Source: Eubacteriales bacterium (GTDB taxonomy: Bacteria > Bacillota > Clostridia > Oscillospirales > CAG-272). Taken from it: a stretch of 64,000 bases of DNA. The position numbers and the translations under genes were made by a program. This document shows, one piece after another, positions 56,401 to 64,000 of the stretch (its first letter is position 1; each line of letters begins with the position of its first letter). The stretch lies in the NCBI GenBank assembly GCA_045577755.1, contig JAZNJA010000252.1, positions 14,271-78,270 of the forward strand, written 5' to 3'. Below the pieces are notes generated by a model. That model had not been told where the DNA came from, ran no database searches, and worked only from the letters and a program-made list of their open reading frames with translations.

Positions 56401-58737
56401 CTGGCAATAATCGAAGGCGTGCTTGCCGATATAGGTCACGCTGTTGGGCACGGTGATGCTGCGGAAGGCGTTACAGCGGTTGAAGGCACCGTCACCGATG
56501 GTCTTCAGAGACTGAGAGAGCTCGATGTCCTGCAGCTGCAGACAGCCGTTGAAGGCGTTGTTGCCGATCTCGGTGACCTTCTCCAAGCCAACCAGGGAGG
56601 TCAGCTTTTCGCAGCCACGGTAAGCGCCGTCGGGGATGGACGTGATCGCGGTGGCAGTCAGATCCACCGATAGGATGCCGGACTCGCGGAAGACGTCGTT
56701 GCCGAGGGTCTCCAGGGTGTCGGGCAGGACCAGCTCCTTGAGGCGGGTACAGCCTCGGAAGGCGTGGCGGTTCATCGTAGTCAGACCCGTATTGAGGGAG
56801 ACCTTCTGGAGGAAATCGCAATTGAGGAAGGCACCTCTGTCCACGGTCTTGACCGACTCAGGGAGGGTCACGCCCGTGATGTTATCACCGAAGAAGGCGA
56901 AGAGGTCGATCTCGGTGACGGTCTTGCCGTCGATGGAATCGGGGATCTTACAGTCGGTCAGCTTATCGTTGAAGCGTCCCGCGATGGCGATGCCGCCGTC
57001 GTCCAGGTCACGGTAGAAGTAGTTCTTATCGTAGCCGTCGTAGCGCTCGTAGAACAGGGTACAGGACAAGAGGACGAAGATGGCAGCCAGGGCGTATACC
57101 TTACAGGCGTTCCGAACGGGACGGATGAAGTAGTAGTAGCCCTTGCGGCGGGTCTTGCGGCGATGGACCGCGCGGATGGCGGCGATGATGATGGTAGGAA
57201 TGGTGACCGCCCACAGGCCCAGAAGCCCCATAATGATCCAGGTCATGAGCTGGTTCTTGATGAGGGTGTACTGGTAGATATAAGCGACCACGGCGGTGGC
57301 GGTCAGGTTGAGGAAGCCCGAAATGAAGGGCATATACCGCAGGCGGCGGTCTCTTCTTCTGGCCAGGTCCTCCTTGAAGGCGGCGTTGAGCTGCTCCACG
57401 ATGTGGCCCATCTCATGGTCAATGAGGAGGTTCTTGATCTCATAGGGCGTATACTTGCGGATATCGTTGAGGTAGCGGATGCCGCTCGCCCGCAGGACCT
57501 CGGCGTCGGCGTCCGAGAAGATACCGCCCTGCTTCCGCTCCAGGGGTACCTTATAGAGGTACTTGCGGATCTTCCCCCAGACGGACTCCAGGTGTTGGTT
57601 CTGTCTGGCCTCCGCCAGCATGGCCAGCTGCATGAGCTTAATGGCGTTGCTGGAGCGATGGAGGAAGGCGGTCTGGAAATCCATCTCGCTGAGCAGCCAG
57701 ATCTCCTCCAGGCAGACGGGACCCGTACGGTCCTCGGTGCGTCTGGACTCCACGAAACGGCAGACCCGCTCCAGATCCGCGTTCCATTGGACCTCAGTAT
57801 ACTCATGGTTCAGGGGATAGTCGGCGTTCTTGAGTCCGTAGCCCCGTCTTCTTCCCTTCTTCTTACAGGCGGCGCGCTCTTTGAGGAGGGCATTCGCCTC
57901 CTCGCCGTGGGCGATACGCCAGATATACTTCAAGGGGATGCGGGACAGGAAACCGTACTCCTCCACGCAATAGCGATCCATGACCAGGAAGCGATCCGTC
58001 TTCTTGGACTTGCCCAGATTGCACTCCATGCGGTTGAGCAGCACCGCTGAGTTATTGAGCACGGGAGGCGTGCGGCGACCCATGTAGAGACCAGCCTCCG
58101 AGATGGAGGGGATCGGCTCGACGGGCATCGCGTAGACGTCGACGGTATCGCGGAAGCTGATGTCATCGTTGGGACCCACATAGATCTGGGGACCCGCGGC
58201 GGCTTTCGCCTCGGCATCTGCCAGCACCTGGCTCAGGACGTTGACCAGCTTGGTACCGACCGTGGATAGGGCCTCGGCCTCGGCGGCCTTTCTTCCCTTC
58301 CGCTTTTTCTTTTTCGCGACGGTACTCGCCACAGAGGCGGGCGGGGTCAGCAGGATCTCGGCGGGGACGGGCTCGGCGGGCTCCTCTTCGGCAGTCTCCG
58401 CGGCCGCGTCGGGTGCGGCGGCTTCGGCGGCGGGGGTCTCGGCAGGAGCCGACGGGGCATCATTGGCGGTGGGAGCGGCGGCTTCGACGGAGGGAGCCTC
58501 CGCGGCCTGAGCGCCGTTTTCGGGGGTCTCGGCGGGAGCCATCTCCTCGAGCTCCTTCAGCAGCTGATTCATCTGCTCAAGCAGCTCGTCCAGGGCCTTA
58601 TCGGTCTCAGCCTCCTCCCCCAGAGGGAGGTCCGCCGCCTGATTCTCCGCCTCGGCGGCCTCAGGAGCGATGGGCTGCTTGACCTCCGCGGCGGGACGCT
58701 TTTGGGCGGGGGCGCGGTTCTTTTTCTTCTTACTCAT
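53497..58737 (-). CDS. 1746-aa transmembrane protein: about 470-aa cytoplasmic N-domain, three TM helices, about 1150-aa extracellular BspA-type LRR array
   Basis: Lys-rich N-terminus, A/E/P low-complexity region, HhH-like LRASGIRYLNDIRKYTPYEIKNL. TM1/TM2 then HRRKTRRK, then TM3 (positive-inside rule puts the LRRs outside). Dozens of LRR_5 units (...IGxxAFxxCxxLxxVxLP...). Confidence 0.75.
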   Translation of the reverse strand: MSKKKKNRAPAQKRPAAEVKQPIAPEAAEAENQAADLPLGEEAETDKALDELLEQMNQLLKELEEMAPAETPENGAQAAEAPSVEAAAPTANDAPSAPAETPAAEAAAPDAAAETAEEEPAEPVPAEILLTPPASVASTVAKKKKRKGRKAAEAEALSTVGTKLVNVLSQVLADAEAKAAAGPQIYVGPNDDISFRDTVDVYAMPVEPIPSISEAGLYMGRRTPPVLNNSAVLLNRMECNLGKSKKTDRFLVMDRYCVEEYGFLSRIPLKYIWRIAHGEEANALLKERAACKKKGRRRGYGLKNADYPLNHEYTEVQWNADLERVCRFVESRRTEDRTGPVCLEEIWLLSEMDFQTAFLHRSSNAIKLMQLAMLAEARQNQHLESVWGKIRKYLYKVPLERKQGGIFSDADAEVLRASGIRYLNDIRKYTPYEIKNLLIDHEMGHIVEQLNAAFKEDLARRRDRRLRYMPFISGFLNLTATAVVAYIYQYTLIKNQLMTWIIMGLLGLWAVTIPTIIIAAIRAVHRRKTRRKGYYYFIRPVRNACKVYALAAIFVLLSCTLFYERYDGYDKNYFYRDLDDGGIAIAGRFNDKLTDCKIPDSIDGKTVTEIDLFAFFGDNITGVTLPESVKTVDRGAFLNCDFLQKVSLNTGLTTMNRHAFRGCTRLKELVLPDTLETLGNDVFRESGILSVDLTATAITSIPDGAYRGCEKLTSLVGLEKVTEIGNNAFNGCLQLQDIELSQSLKTIGDGAFNRCNAFRSITVPNSVTYIGKHAFDYCQNVVTLNIPYLGHTPEEAAQGSLKDVMKYDSKKNGITLTVTGNTLIGEHSFDDFNWCSAIHLGDGVTEIHDNAFRDLSFVKTVSIPKHVLEIGANAFYGCTKLQEIIGAEDVELLGDNAFRECSSLTTVSFDSLKSIGNGAFMDCKNLTMVVGLDQVTEIGSSAFRSCVKLDDVSFSPSLKTIGANAFRGCTLFKNVTVPVSVTTIGQGAFRDLPNLETISVPFTGTTPENSNNRSLTGMVSCGDATKKLTVEITAMKTVNRGSLRGADGIATLTLSACDTLGKNACKELSLMSVYLPGGIKTISEGAFDGCVKLQSVKDASSVDKIGKNAFRGCVRLTDFEGLIAVTEIGNGAFKECKLLPNVTFSNSLKTIGREAFRGCVSFTEVVVPASATLVGKNAFADITKIESITVPFTGTTLKSSNRESLSDIFYCDDSAKSITVTVTVMTDLSAESFKDCASVRDLRIASPMTAVADSAFRGMNLRSITLPASVTSLGAYAFADCKSLTEINGMDSVTVMGEGAFKNVNQLAAIDLSRVKTIGNNCFEGCSSLANVETLRSIENIGAYAFKDCPNLTSVMFESQLNTLSDYAFAESSLEYVYLPDTLHTIGNGAFRDCVSLVDITLPGAVTTLGDEAFRNCDSLYALDLSATAVKKIGTYAFADCARLATLDLPASVTQIPDGMGSNSEYLEYVNLVSLPLNSIGASAFANTSVYGSHLVLPESLLTIGEKAFSGCEFEEITLPKGLASVGKDAFSDCSDLKTATLPFVGASPSDVSKGYTHVFGNSRVKDVTVTAMKTVENDSFNGAALILNSLTLGEGTTTIEKGAFKGFLFLNSVSLPDTLTTMGVGAFETCTALTYIHIPASLTVIPADAFNGCTSLKEIDFNDMGLLNTIEKNAFSTCTSLKAVTFPEGLVTVENNAFGACLALRDITFSESMTMVNKNAFKGCLFAKYDIPESIAALYEGQFGQ

Positions 58738-58760
58738 GATCTGTCAGATCTCCTTTTTTG

Positions 58761-59519
58761 TCAGTCGAATCTGTTTACGCTGTAATCCTTGATGGCGTTT
58801 ACATAAATGATCTTATATGTTTTACGGGACATATCGTCACCGTCGATCTCCAGAATCGGTTCGGTCACGTAGTACTCCACCACTCCGTCCTCGGAGGTCT
58901 TGATGGGCTTGACGTAGAGTGTCGAGAGGTCCACGTATTTGGACGTGACCGTGCGGACCTCGTACTTGGCGCGGGTGCCGTCTCCCGTCTCCAGGTGGAA
59001 TTCATCCCGGGAGAAGAGACGCCCCAGCAGGCAGGCGTTATAGGCGTTGACAGCGGCGAACTCGTAGCTGTCTCTTTCGTATTCCACGCTCGGCCGATAG
59101 AAGAATCGGCAATCGAGGCGCTTTCCGATCTTGACCGTCATGGGATCAAGACCGAACTTGATGAAGTCGGATTCAATCTCGGCGAAGCCCGCCTCGAAAC
59201 GGTTTTTCCGCTCGTCTCGGGGGAAAACGTCGTAGGATTCGCCGACGGAGGGGCGGCAGACGTATATGTCCTTGGCCTCATTGTTATAGTCGGGGTAGGA
59301 GACGGAGCGGACGCGCTCAGCGCTTGCGATGGCGCTCAGGATATCCTCTCTTGTATACAGCTCCTTTTTGGGAAGCTTCATGGTCAGCAAGCGAACATTC
59401 TCCAGGGTTCTTCCCGCGGAGTATGCCACCACCAGGCAGGGGGGCTTTTTCCGCTCGGCCGGTGACGCTACACAGATGCCGATGCTGTCGACTGTCAGGC
59501 TCTTCAAGGATTCGCTCAT
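58761..59519 (-). CDS. Hypothetical cytoplasmic protein (252 aa)
   Basis: ATG with GAGGT RBS. No signal peptide, no TM, no recognisable motif. Coding-like composition, wedged between two giant genes on the same strand. Confidence 0.6.
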   Translation of the reverse strand: MSESLKSLTVDSIGICVASPAERKKPPCLVVAYSAGRTLENVRLLTMKLPKKELYTREDILSAIASAERVRSVSYPDYNNEAKDIYVCRPSVGESYDVFPRDERKNRFEAGFAEIESDFIKFGLDPMTVKIGKRLDCRFFYRPSVEYERDSYEFAAVNAYNACLLGRLFSRDEFHLETGDGTRAKYEVRTVTSKYVDLSTLYVKPIKTSEDGVVEYYVTEPILEIDGDDMSRKTYKIIYVNAIKDYSVNRFD

Positions 59520-59547
59520 GTCTGTTACCTCATGCTTCCTTTGGTTT

Positions 59548-59574
59548 CCCTCCGCCCCGTGGGGGGGCGGAGGG
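59548..59574 (-). other. GC-rich intercistronic hairpin without U-tract
   Basis: 11-bp stem CCCTCCGCCCC / GGGGCGGAGGG with a 5-nt loop, between the repeat-protein stop (59601) and the 252-aa gene start (59519). A second small stem GATCCG/CGGATC lies at 59585-59602. Confidence 0.7.
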
Positions 59575-59600
59575 TTTGTTGTCCGATCCGCGGTTACGGA

Positions 59601-62600
59601 TCAAGAGGGATCGGCCGGCTCGCTACCGGACTCAGGCTCGGTCTCGGGCTCGGTGATGCGGAGGGTCACGGTCATCTTTCTCGTGCCGTCCGTAAACTTA
59701 CAGTTGGCGTTGATCAGCTGAAGGGTGTACTCGTACTCGCCGGGCTCCACGTAGGAGGCCTCGGTCACGACGAAATCTCTACCCAGCTCCAGATCCGCGA
59801 TGGTAGCGGTCAGGGAGTGAGCGGCTCCGTCGTATACGACCTCGGTGTCGCCGCTCCAGATGCCTTCCACGTAGCGGGTGGTGATGGAGAAGGTTACGGT
59901 CTTCTGGCCAACTGCGTTGTCCATGGTGTAGTTGCTGTTGGACAGGGACTTGACGGTCACGCTATACTTGCCCACGTCGGTGAATGCGCGCATATTGGAG
60001 GCGTAGGTGAAGTCCACGGTCTTGCCATCCACGGCACCCTTAACGGTTGCGATGATCTCGTGATTCTGTCCGTCGTAGACGATATCATCATAGTTGTTCC
60101 AGGAGATGACCACCGCCTGGGGCTTGATGATGAGTGCGGGGGAGGTACGGGCCGAGCCCTCCTCCAGGGTGTAGTTCGTGCTCTGCAGCTCCTTGATGCT
60201 GACGGTGTAGGTACCGGCATTGGTGAAGCCACGGGTGTTGCTGTTGTAGGTGAAGGGCACGGACTTGCCGTCCTGAGCACCCACAACGGTAGCGCTCAGC
60301 TCATGAGACGTTCCGTCATAGGTCAGAGTGCCGCCGCCGGTCCAGGTAACGGTTACGGGCTGAGGAACAATGACCAGGTTGGGAGACGTCAGGTTCGTCG
60401 CGCCTGCGAGGGTGTAGTTGCTGTCGGACAGGGACTTGACGCTGATGCTGTAGGTGCCGACGTTGACATGAGAACGGGAACCTGCGGCGTAGGTGAAGTT
60501 CAGAGTCTTACCGTCCAGAGCGCCCTTGACCGTTGCGGTCAGGCTATGGTATGCTCCGTCGTAGATCTGGGTCTTACCGCCCGTCCAGGAGATGGTTACG
60601 CTCTGAGGCTCGATCTTCAGCACGGGGGAGGTCAGGTTGGAGGCGCCTGTCAGGGTATAGTTGCTGTTGGTCAGGGCCTTCACGCTGACGGTGTTGCTGC
60701 CCACGTTGGTGAAGCTGTTGGCGCCGTTGTAGGTGAAGGTGACGCTCTTACCGTCGGTCTTACCCAGGACGGTAGCGGTCAGGTAGTGGGCCGAGCCGTT
60801 GTAGGTAACGGTGCCGTTCCCTGCCCAGGTGATGGTGACGGGCTGCTTGGTGATGGTCAGGCCTGCGCCGAGGTTACCGCTTCCACCCTCCAGGGTGTAG
60901 TTGGGATCGTTCAGCTTAATCTCGGTGCGATAGTCGCCCGCGTTGGTGAAGCTGTTGGTGGCGGTGTAGGTAAAGTCGACGTTGCGGCTGTCGTTCTTAC
61001 CCTTGACGGTAGCGACCAGGGTATGGGCGCGGGAATCGAACTCATAGCTGCCGGTTCCGTTCCAGGTAATGACGACGGGCTGAGGCTTGATGGTGATGGT
61101 CATGCTGGTCTTGGCGCCTGCCTCCAGCACGTAGTTGCTGTCGTTCAGGGCGACCGTGACGGTGTGGGTACCGGCCGAGATGAAGGAACGGTCGGTGCTG
61201 AAGCTCAAGGAAACGGTCTTACCGTCCTTGGTTCCCTTAGCGGTGGGGGTCATGGTGTGGCTGCTTCCGTCATAGACCACGTTGTTCGTGCCGCTCCAGG
61301 TGATGGAGGCGGTCTGACGGTTGATGGTCATGGTGGAAGAGGTCTTGCCCGTGGCACCGGTCAGGGTGTAGTTGTTGTTGTTGAGGCGGAAGGAGACGGT
61401 GTAGGTGCCCGCGTTGGTATAGGAGGTACCGGTCTCGTAGGTGATGTTGACCGACTTGCCGTCGTTCTTACCCACGACCGTGGCGGTCAGGCTATGAGCC
61501 GAGCCGTCGTACTCCAGGGTGGTACTGCCGCTCCAGGTGATCTTGACTGCCTGCTGGTTGATGGTCAGGGTCTTGCCGGTATCACCGGTAGCGCCGGAGA
61601 GGGTGTAGTTGCCGTCAGCCAAGGTACGGACGGATACGTTGAGGGTACCCGCGTTGGTCAGGGAGTTGCCGCTCTGGTAGCTGCCGACCAGGACAGGCTT
61701 ACCGTCGTCGATACCCACGATGGTGGGCACCACAGTACGGGTCTGGCCGTCGTAGGTGTAGGTCAGGGTTGCGGGCCAGGTGATTCTGACCTTCTGAGGC
61801 GAGATGACCAGGTCGCAGCTGGTCTTGGAGGCACCGGTCAGGGTGTAGTTGCTGTCGCTGAGCTTGCTGACCTTGACGGTGTAGCTACCGGCGTTCAGCT
61901 GTGTGTTGGCGGTGGAGCCGTATTCGAAGCCGACGGCCTTGCCGCCCACACCGGTAACGGTGGCGATGACGGAATGGGGATTGCCGTCATAGGTGACCGA
62001 GGTGTTGCCGCTCCAGGACACGTTTACGGGTCTGGGATCGATTCTCAGGGTCTGGGACTTGGAGCCGGTGGCACCGGTCAGGGTGTAGTTGCTGTTCTCC
62101 AGGGCGGTGACCGTGATGGTCTGGGAGCCCGCGTCGGTACGGCTGTAGCTGCCGTCGCGCTGGAAGACCACGGTCTTGCCGTCGTTGGTACCCTTGACGG
62201 TGGGGGTCAGGGTATGGACCTGGCCGTCGTAGGTGACGGTGGTGTTACCGCTCCAGGTGATGGTGACGGGCTGAGGATTGATGGTCAGGGTCTTGGAAAG
62301 GTTACTCGAGGGCAGCTTATAGTTGCTGTCCTCCAGGGAGGCGATCTCCACCTTGATGCTGCCCACGTTGGTCAGAGAGGTCTCGTTGGACTTGAGCTTA
62401 TGAGGCACCTTGTCCGAGCTGTTGACGCCCGTGACCGTGGGGATCAAGGAGTGAGCGCTTCCGTCGTAGGTGAAGGAGTTGGTACCCCAGCTGATGCTGA
62501 CGGTGCACTGGCTGATAACCACAGTCTCCTCGGCGTTGCTGGAGGAGGCATCCAGCTTATAGTTGGGGTTGGACAGCGCGGTGACGGCGAAGCTGTAGGA

Positions 62601-64000
62601 GCCTGCGTTGAGGATCTCACGGGATCCGGGATTGTAGGTGAACTCCACGGTATCGCCGGTGCAGAGGTTGGTGGCGTAGGCCTCGACGGTACGCTTGACC
62701 TTATCGTAGGTGAAGTTACCCACATTGGTATTGGTACCGCTGTAGCGCCAGTTGAGCTTGATGGTCAGGGGAGTAATGTTGTAGGTACAGGAAGCGTTAC
62801 CGCTGATGACGTAGTTGGAGTTATCCAGCTTGGTCGCGGTGATCTTGTACTCGCCCACGTTACGGCTGTTGACCGTGGTGTAGCCCGTGACGTTCACGTC
62901 GTTGGAGCCGCTGTAGGAGGCGGCGGGGGTCTGGACGTTGCCGTTGTACACGAAGGTATTGAAGTTCCAGGTCAGGCTGATGGGCTTGGGCGCGATGCTC
63001 CACTGGTAGGAGTTCCCCTGGCCAATGGAGTAGTTGCTGTTGGACAGGGCGGTGACCGTAGCGGTATAGGAGCCTGCGTTGGTCTTGGTGTTGTTGGTGT
63101 AGGTCATGGTGACCGCGTCACCGCTGTAGACCTTACCGTCGGTATCCGAGGCCGCGCCGGTCGCGAACTGGGCGTTCTGGATCTGGGCGGAGCCGTTGTA
63201 CACGAAGGAATTGGAGGCCCAGGTGAAGTTGATAGACTTCTTACCGATGCTCCAGGTCTTGGAGACGTTGGTGGTAGGCAGCTGGTAGTTTTCCGCGTGG
63301 GTACCGCTCAGGTCGGTGACGCGGGCGGTATAGCCGGTGGCGGAATAGTTACGTGCCACGTTGCCGGTGTAGACCAGCTTGACGTCAGCGGGAGCACCCA
63401 GGTGCTCCACCAGACCGCTCTGGATACCGGTGGTCAGGGTGAAGTCCTTGCTGTTGTACACGAGGGAGGTAGAGGAGCCATAGGTGCCGCTCTTACCGTT
63501 GCCCGCGTAGTTCCAGACGCCGCTGAGGGTCAGGGGACGCTTGGTGATGGCGAAGTCGAAGGAATCGGCCGCAATCACGTAATTGGGATCCACCACGTAG
63601 GAGCTTGTCTCGCTGTCGTAGCGGACGATGGAGGTGATGATGATCTCATAGTCACCAACGTTGACGGCGCGGTTGGCTCCGGCGAAGGAGTAGACGGCCG
63701 TGGATTCGGTGGACTTGATCTCAAAGCGGGTATCAGCGCTGTTGACCGTAGAGGCGATGAAGCGCCCGTCGGTCTCCAGCAGGCCGTTCACGGTAAACTG
63801 AGGACCCTGGTAGAGGCCGTTATAGACCGAGGACTTGGGAGCGGAGGCACTCCAGACCACGTTGACGGTCTTGGGCTGAATGCTCCAGGTCAGGGTCTTG
63901 CCGGTACCCAGGACGTAGTTCGTGTTGCTGACACCCGTGACCGTGACCTCGTAGGTACCCACGTTGGTGCGGTCGTTCTCTGTCTTGCCGTAGGTCAGGT
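59601..64000 (-). CDS. Giant repeat protein with at least 17 YDG/MBG-type adhesin-like repeats (5' end beyond window)
   Basis: The frame stays open to the window edge; the track M at 63962 is an internal GTG, and upstream codons read LTYGKTENDRTN. Repeats of 80-87 aa: (I/V)(T/S)W..... Y(D/N)G..H......G..DGK.V.F.Y.....NAG.Y.V....L.(D/N)SNY.L. C-terminus TEPETEPESGSEPADPS. No LPXTG visible. Confidence 0.8.
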   Translation of the reverse strand, partial: LTYGKTENDRTNVGTYEVTVTGVSNTNYVLGTGKTLTWSIQPKTVNVVWSASAPKSSVYNGLYQGPQFTVNGLLETDGRFIASTVNSADTRFEIKSTESTAVYSFAGANRAVNVGDYEIIITSIVRYDSETSSYVVDPNYVIAADSFDFAITKRPLTLSGVWNYAGNGKSGTYGSSTSLVYNSKDFTLTTGIQSGLVEHLGAPADVKLVYTGNVARNYSATGYTARVTDLSGTHAENYQLPTTNVSKTWSIGKKSINFTWASNSFVYNGSAQIQNAQFATGAASDTDGKVYSGDAVTMTYTNNTKTNAGSYTATVTALSNSNYSIGQGNSYQWSIAPKPISLTWNFNTFVYNGNVQTPAASYSGSNDVNVTGYTTVNSRNVGEYKITATKLDNSNYVISGNASCTYNITPLTIKLNWRYSGTNTNVGNFTYDKVKRTVEAYATNLCTGDTVEFTYNPGSREILNAGSYSFAVTALSNPNYKLDASSSNAEETVVISQCTVSISWGTNSFTYDGSAHSLIPTVTGVNSSDKVPHKLKSNETSLTNVGSIKVEIASLEDSNYKLPSSNLSKTLTINPQPVTITWSGNTTVTYDGQVHTLTPTVKGTNDGKTVVFQRDGSYSRTDAGSQTITVTALENSNYTLTGATGSKSQTLRIDPRPVNVSWSGNTSVTYDGNPHSVIATVTGVGGKAVGFEYGSTANTQLNAGSYTVKVSKLSDSNYTLTGASKTSCDLVISPQKVRITWPATLTYTYDGQTRTVVPTIVGIDDGKPVLVGSYQSGNSLTNAGTLNVSVRTLADGNYTLSGATGDTGKTLTINQQAVKITWSGSTTLEYDGSAHSLTATVVGKNDGKSVNITYETGTSYTNAGTYTVSFRLNNNNYTLTGATGKTSSTMTINRQTASITWSGTNNVVYDGSSHTMTPTAKGTKDGKTVSLSFSTDRSFISAGTHTVTVALNDSNYVLEAGAKTSMTITIKPQPVVITWNGTGSYEFDSRAHTLVATVKGKNDSRNVDFTYTATNSFTNAGDYRTEIKLNDPNYTLEGGSGNLGAGLTITKQPVTITWAGNGTVTYNGSAHYLTATVLGKTDGKSVTFTYNGANSFTNVGSNTVSVKALTNSNYTLTGASNLTSPVLKIEPQSVTISWTGGKTQIYDGAYHSLTATVKGALDGKTLNFTYAAGSRSHVNVGTYSISVKSLSDSNYTLAGATNLTSPNLVIVPQPVTVTWTGGGTLTYDGTSHELSATVVGAQDGKSVPFTYNSNTRGFTNAGTYTVSIKELQSTNYTLEEGSARTSPALIIKPQAVVISWNNYDDIVYDGQNHEIIATVKGAVDGKTVDFTYASNMRAFTDVGKYSVTVKSLSNSNYTMDNAVGQKTVTFSITTRYVEGIWSGDTEVVYDGAAHSLTATIADLELGRDFVVTEASYVEPGEYEYTLQLINANCKFTDGTRKMTVTLRITEPETEPESGSEPADPS
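59640..64000 (-). repeat. Coding tandem repeats of about 250 bp (at least 17 copies) of the YDG/MBG-type protein
   Basis: Periodic recurrence of ...ACCTGGAGCGG... / TACGACGG-type codons on the coding strand. At protein level, 17 W...Y(D/N)G...SNY units. High inter-repeat identity in the central units. Confidence 0.85.

Noticed and set aside
1-64000. Search by eye for tRNA/rRNA genes, transposases, integrases, phage genes, toxin-antitoxin pairs and known defence-system genes
   Set aside because: No cloverleaf-like or rRNA-like segments occur in the intergenic regions. No ORF has recombinase, transposase, Cas, restriction or abortive-infection hallmarks. The repeat family therefore appears non-autonomous within this window.

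Overview
GC-rich, densely coding chromosomal segment. It looks like a Gram-positive anaerobe of the Clostridia/Oscillospirales type. This placement is inference from AGGAGG-type RBSs, lipobox lipoproteins, an Rnf complex, DUF4317 and BspA-type LRR proteins. I call 41 protein genes, 2 of them cut by the window edges. I see no rRNA, tRNA, CRISPR array or transposase.

Gene blocks:
(i) Three tandem paralogous lipoproteins (1-3423).
(ii) An MBL hydrolase plus an alpha/beta hydrolase, convergent with an OmpR/histidine-kinase pair.
(iii) Two very large lipoproteins (7762-14766).
(iv) A TIM-barrel isomerase translationally coupled to a transglutaminase-like/LRR protein, and a divergent MFS transporter.
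(v) A 9-kb minus-strand string: rnfCDGEAB, NusG_II, Gx transporter, a tandem FMN_bind-like lipoprotein, apbE.
(vi) A monocistronic fucI.
(vii) A sigma / anti-sigma(LRR) / lipoprotein operon.
(viii) Gfo/Idh/MocA, DUF4317 and ProX-like genes.
(ix) A 13.4-kb eight-gene operon: membrane protein, MoxR, DUF58, BatA/VWA and double-VWA, followed by three large lipoproteins. One of these carries five Cys/His-rich modules.
(x) A four-gene operon: a YDG/MBG-repeat protein of more than 1450 aa, a 252-aa unknown, a 1746-aa transmembrane LRR protein, and a zinc-ribbon / TIR-like / DUF6273-like protein.

Non-coding highlights:
- Four copies of a repeat family I do not recognise, with conserved TCAAATTTGGGTTT-type termini. 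Two copies contain mirror-symmetric arrays of short hairpins separated by the heptamer ATATCGA/TCGATAT.
- Thirteen near-consensus TTGACA-N17-TATAAT promoters that define the operon map.

Many long ORFs in the supplied track are antisense shadows of real genes in GC-rich DNA and were rejected.
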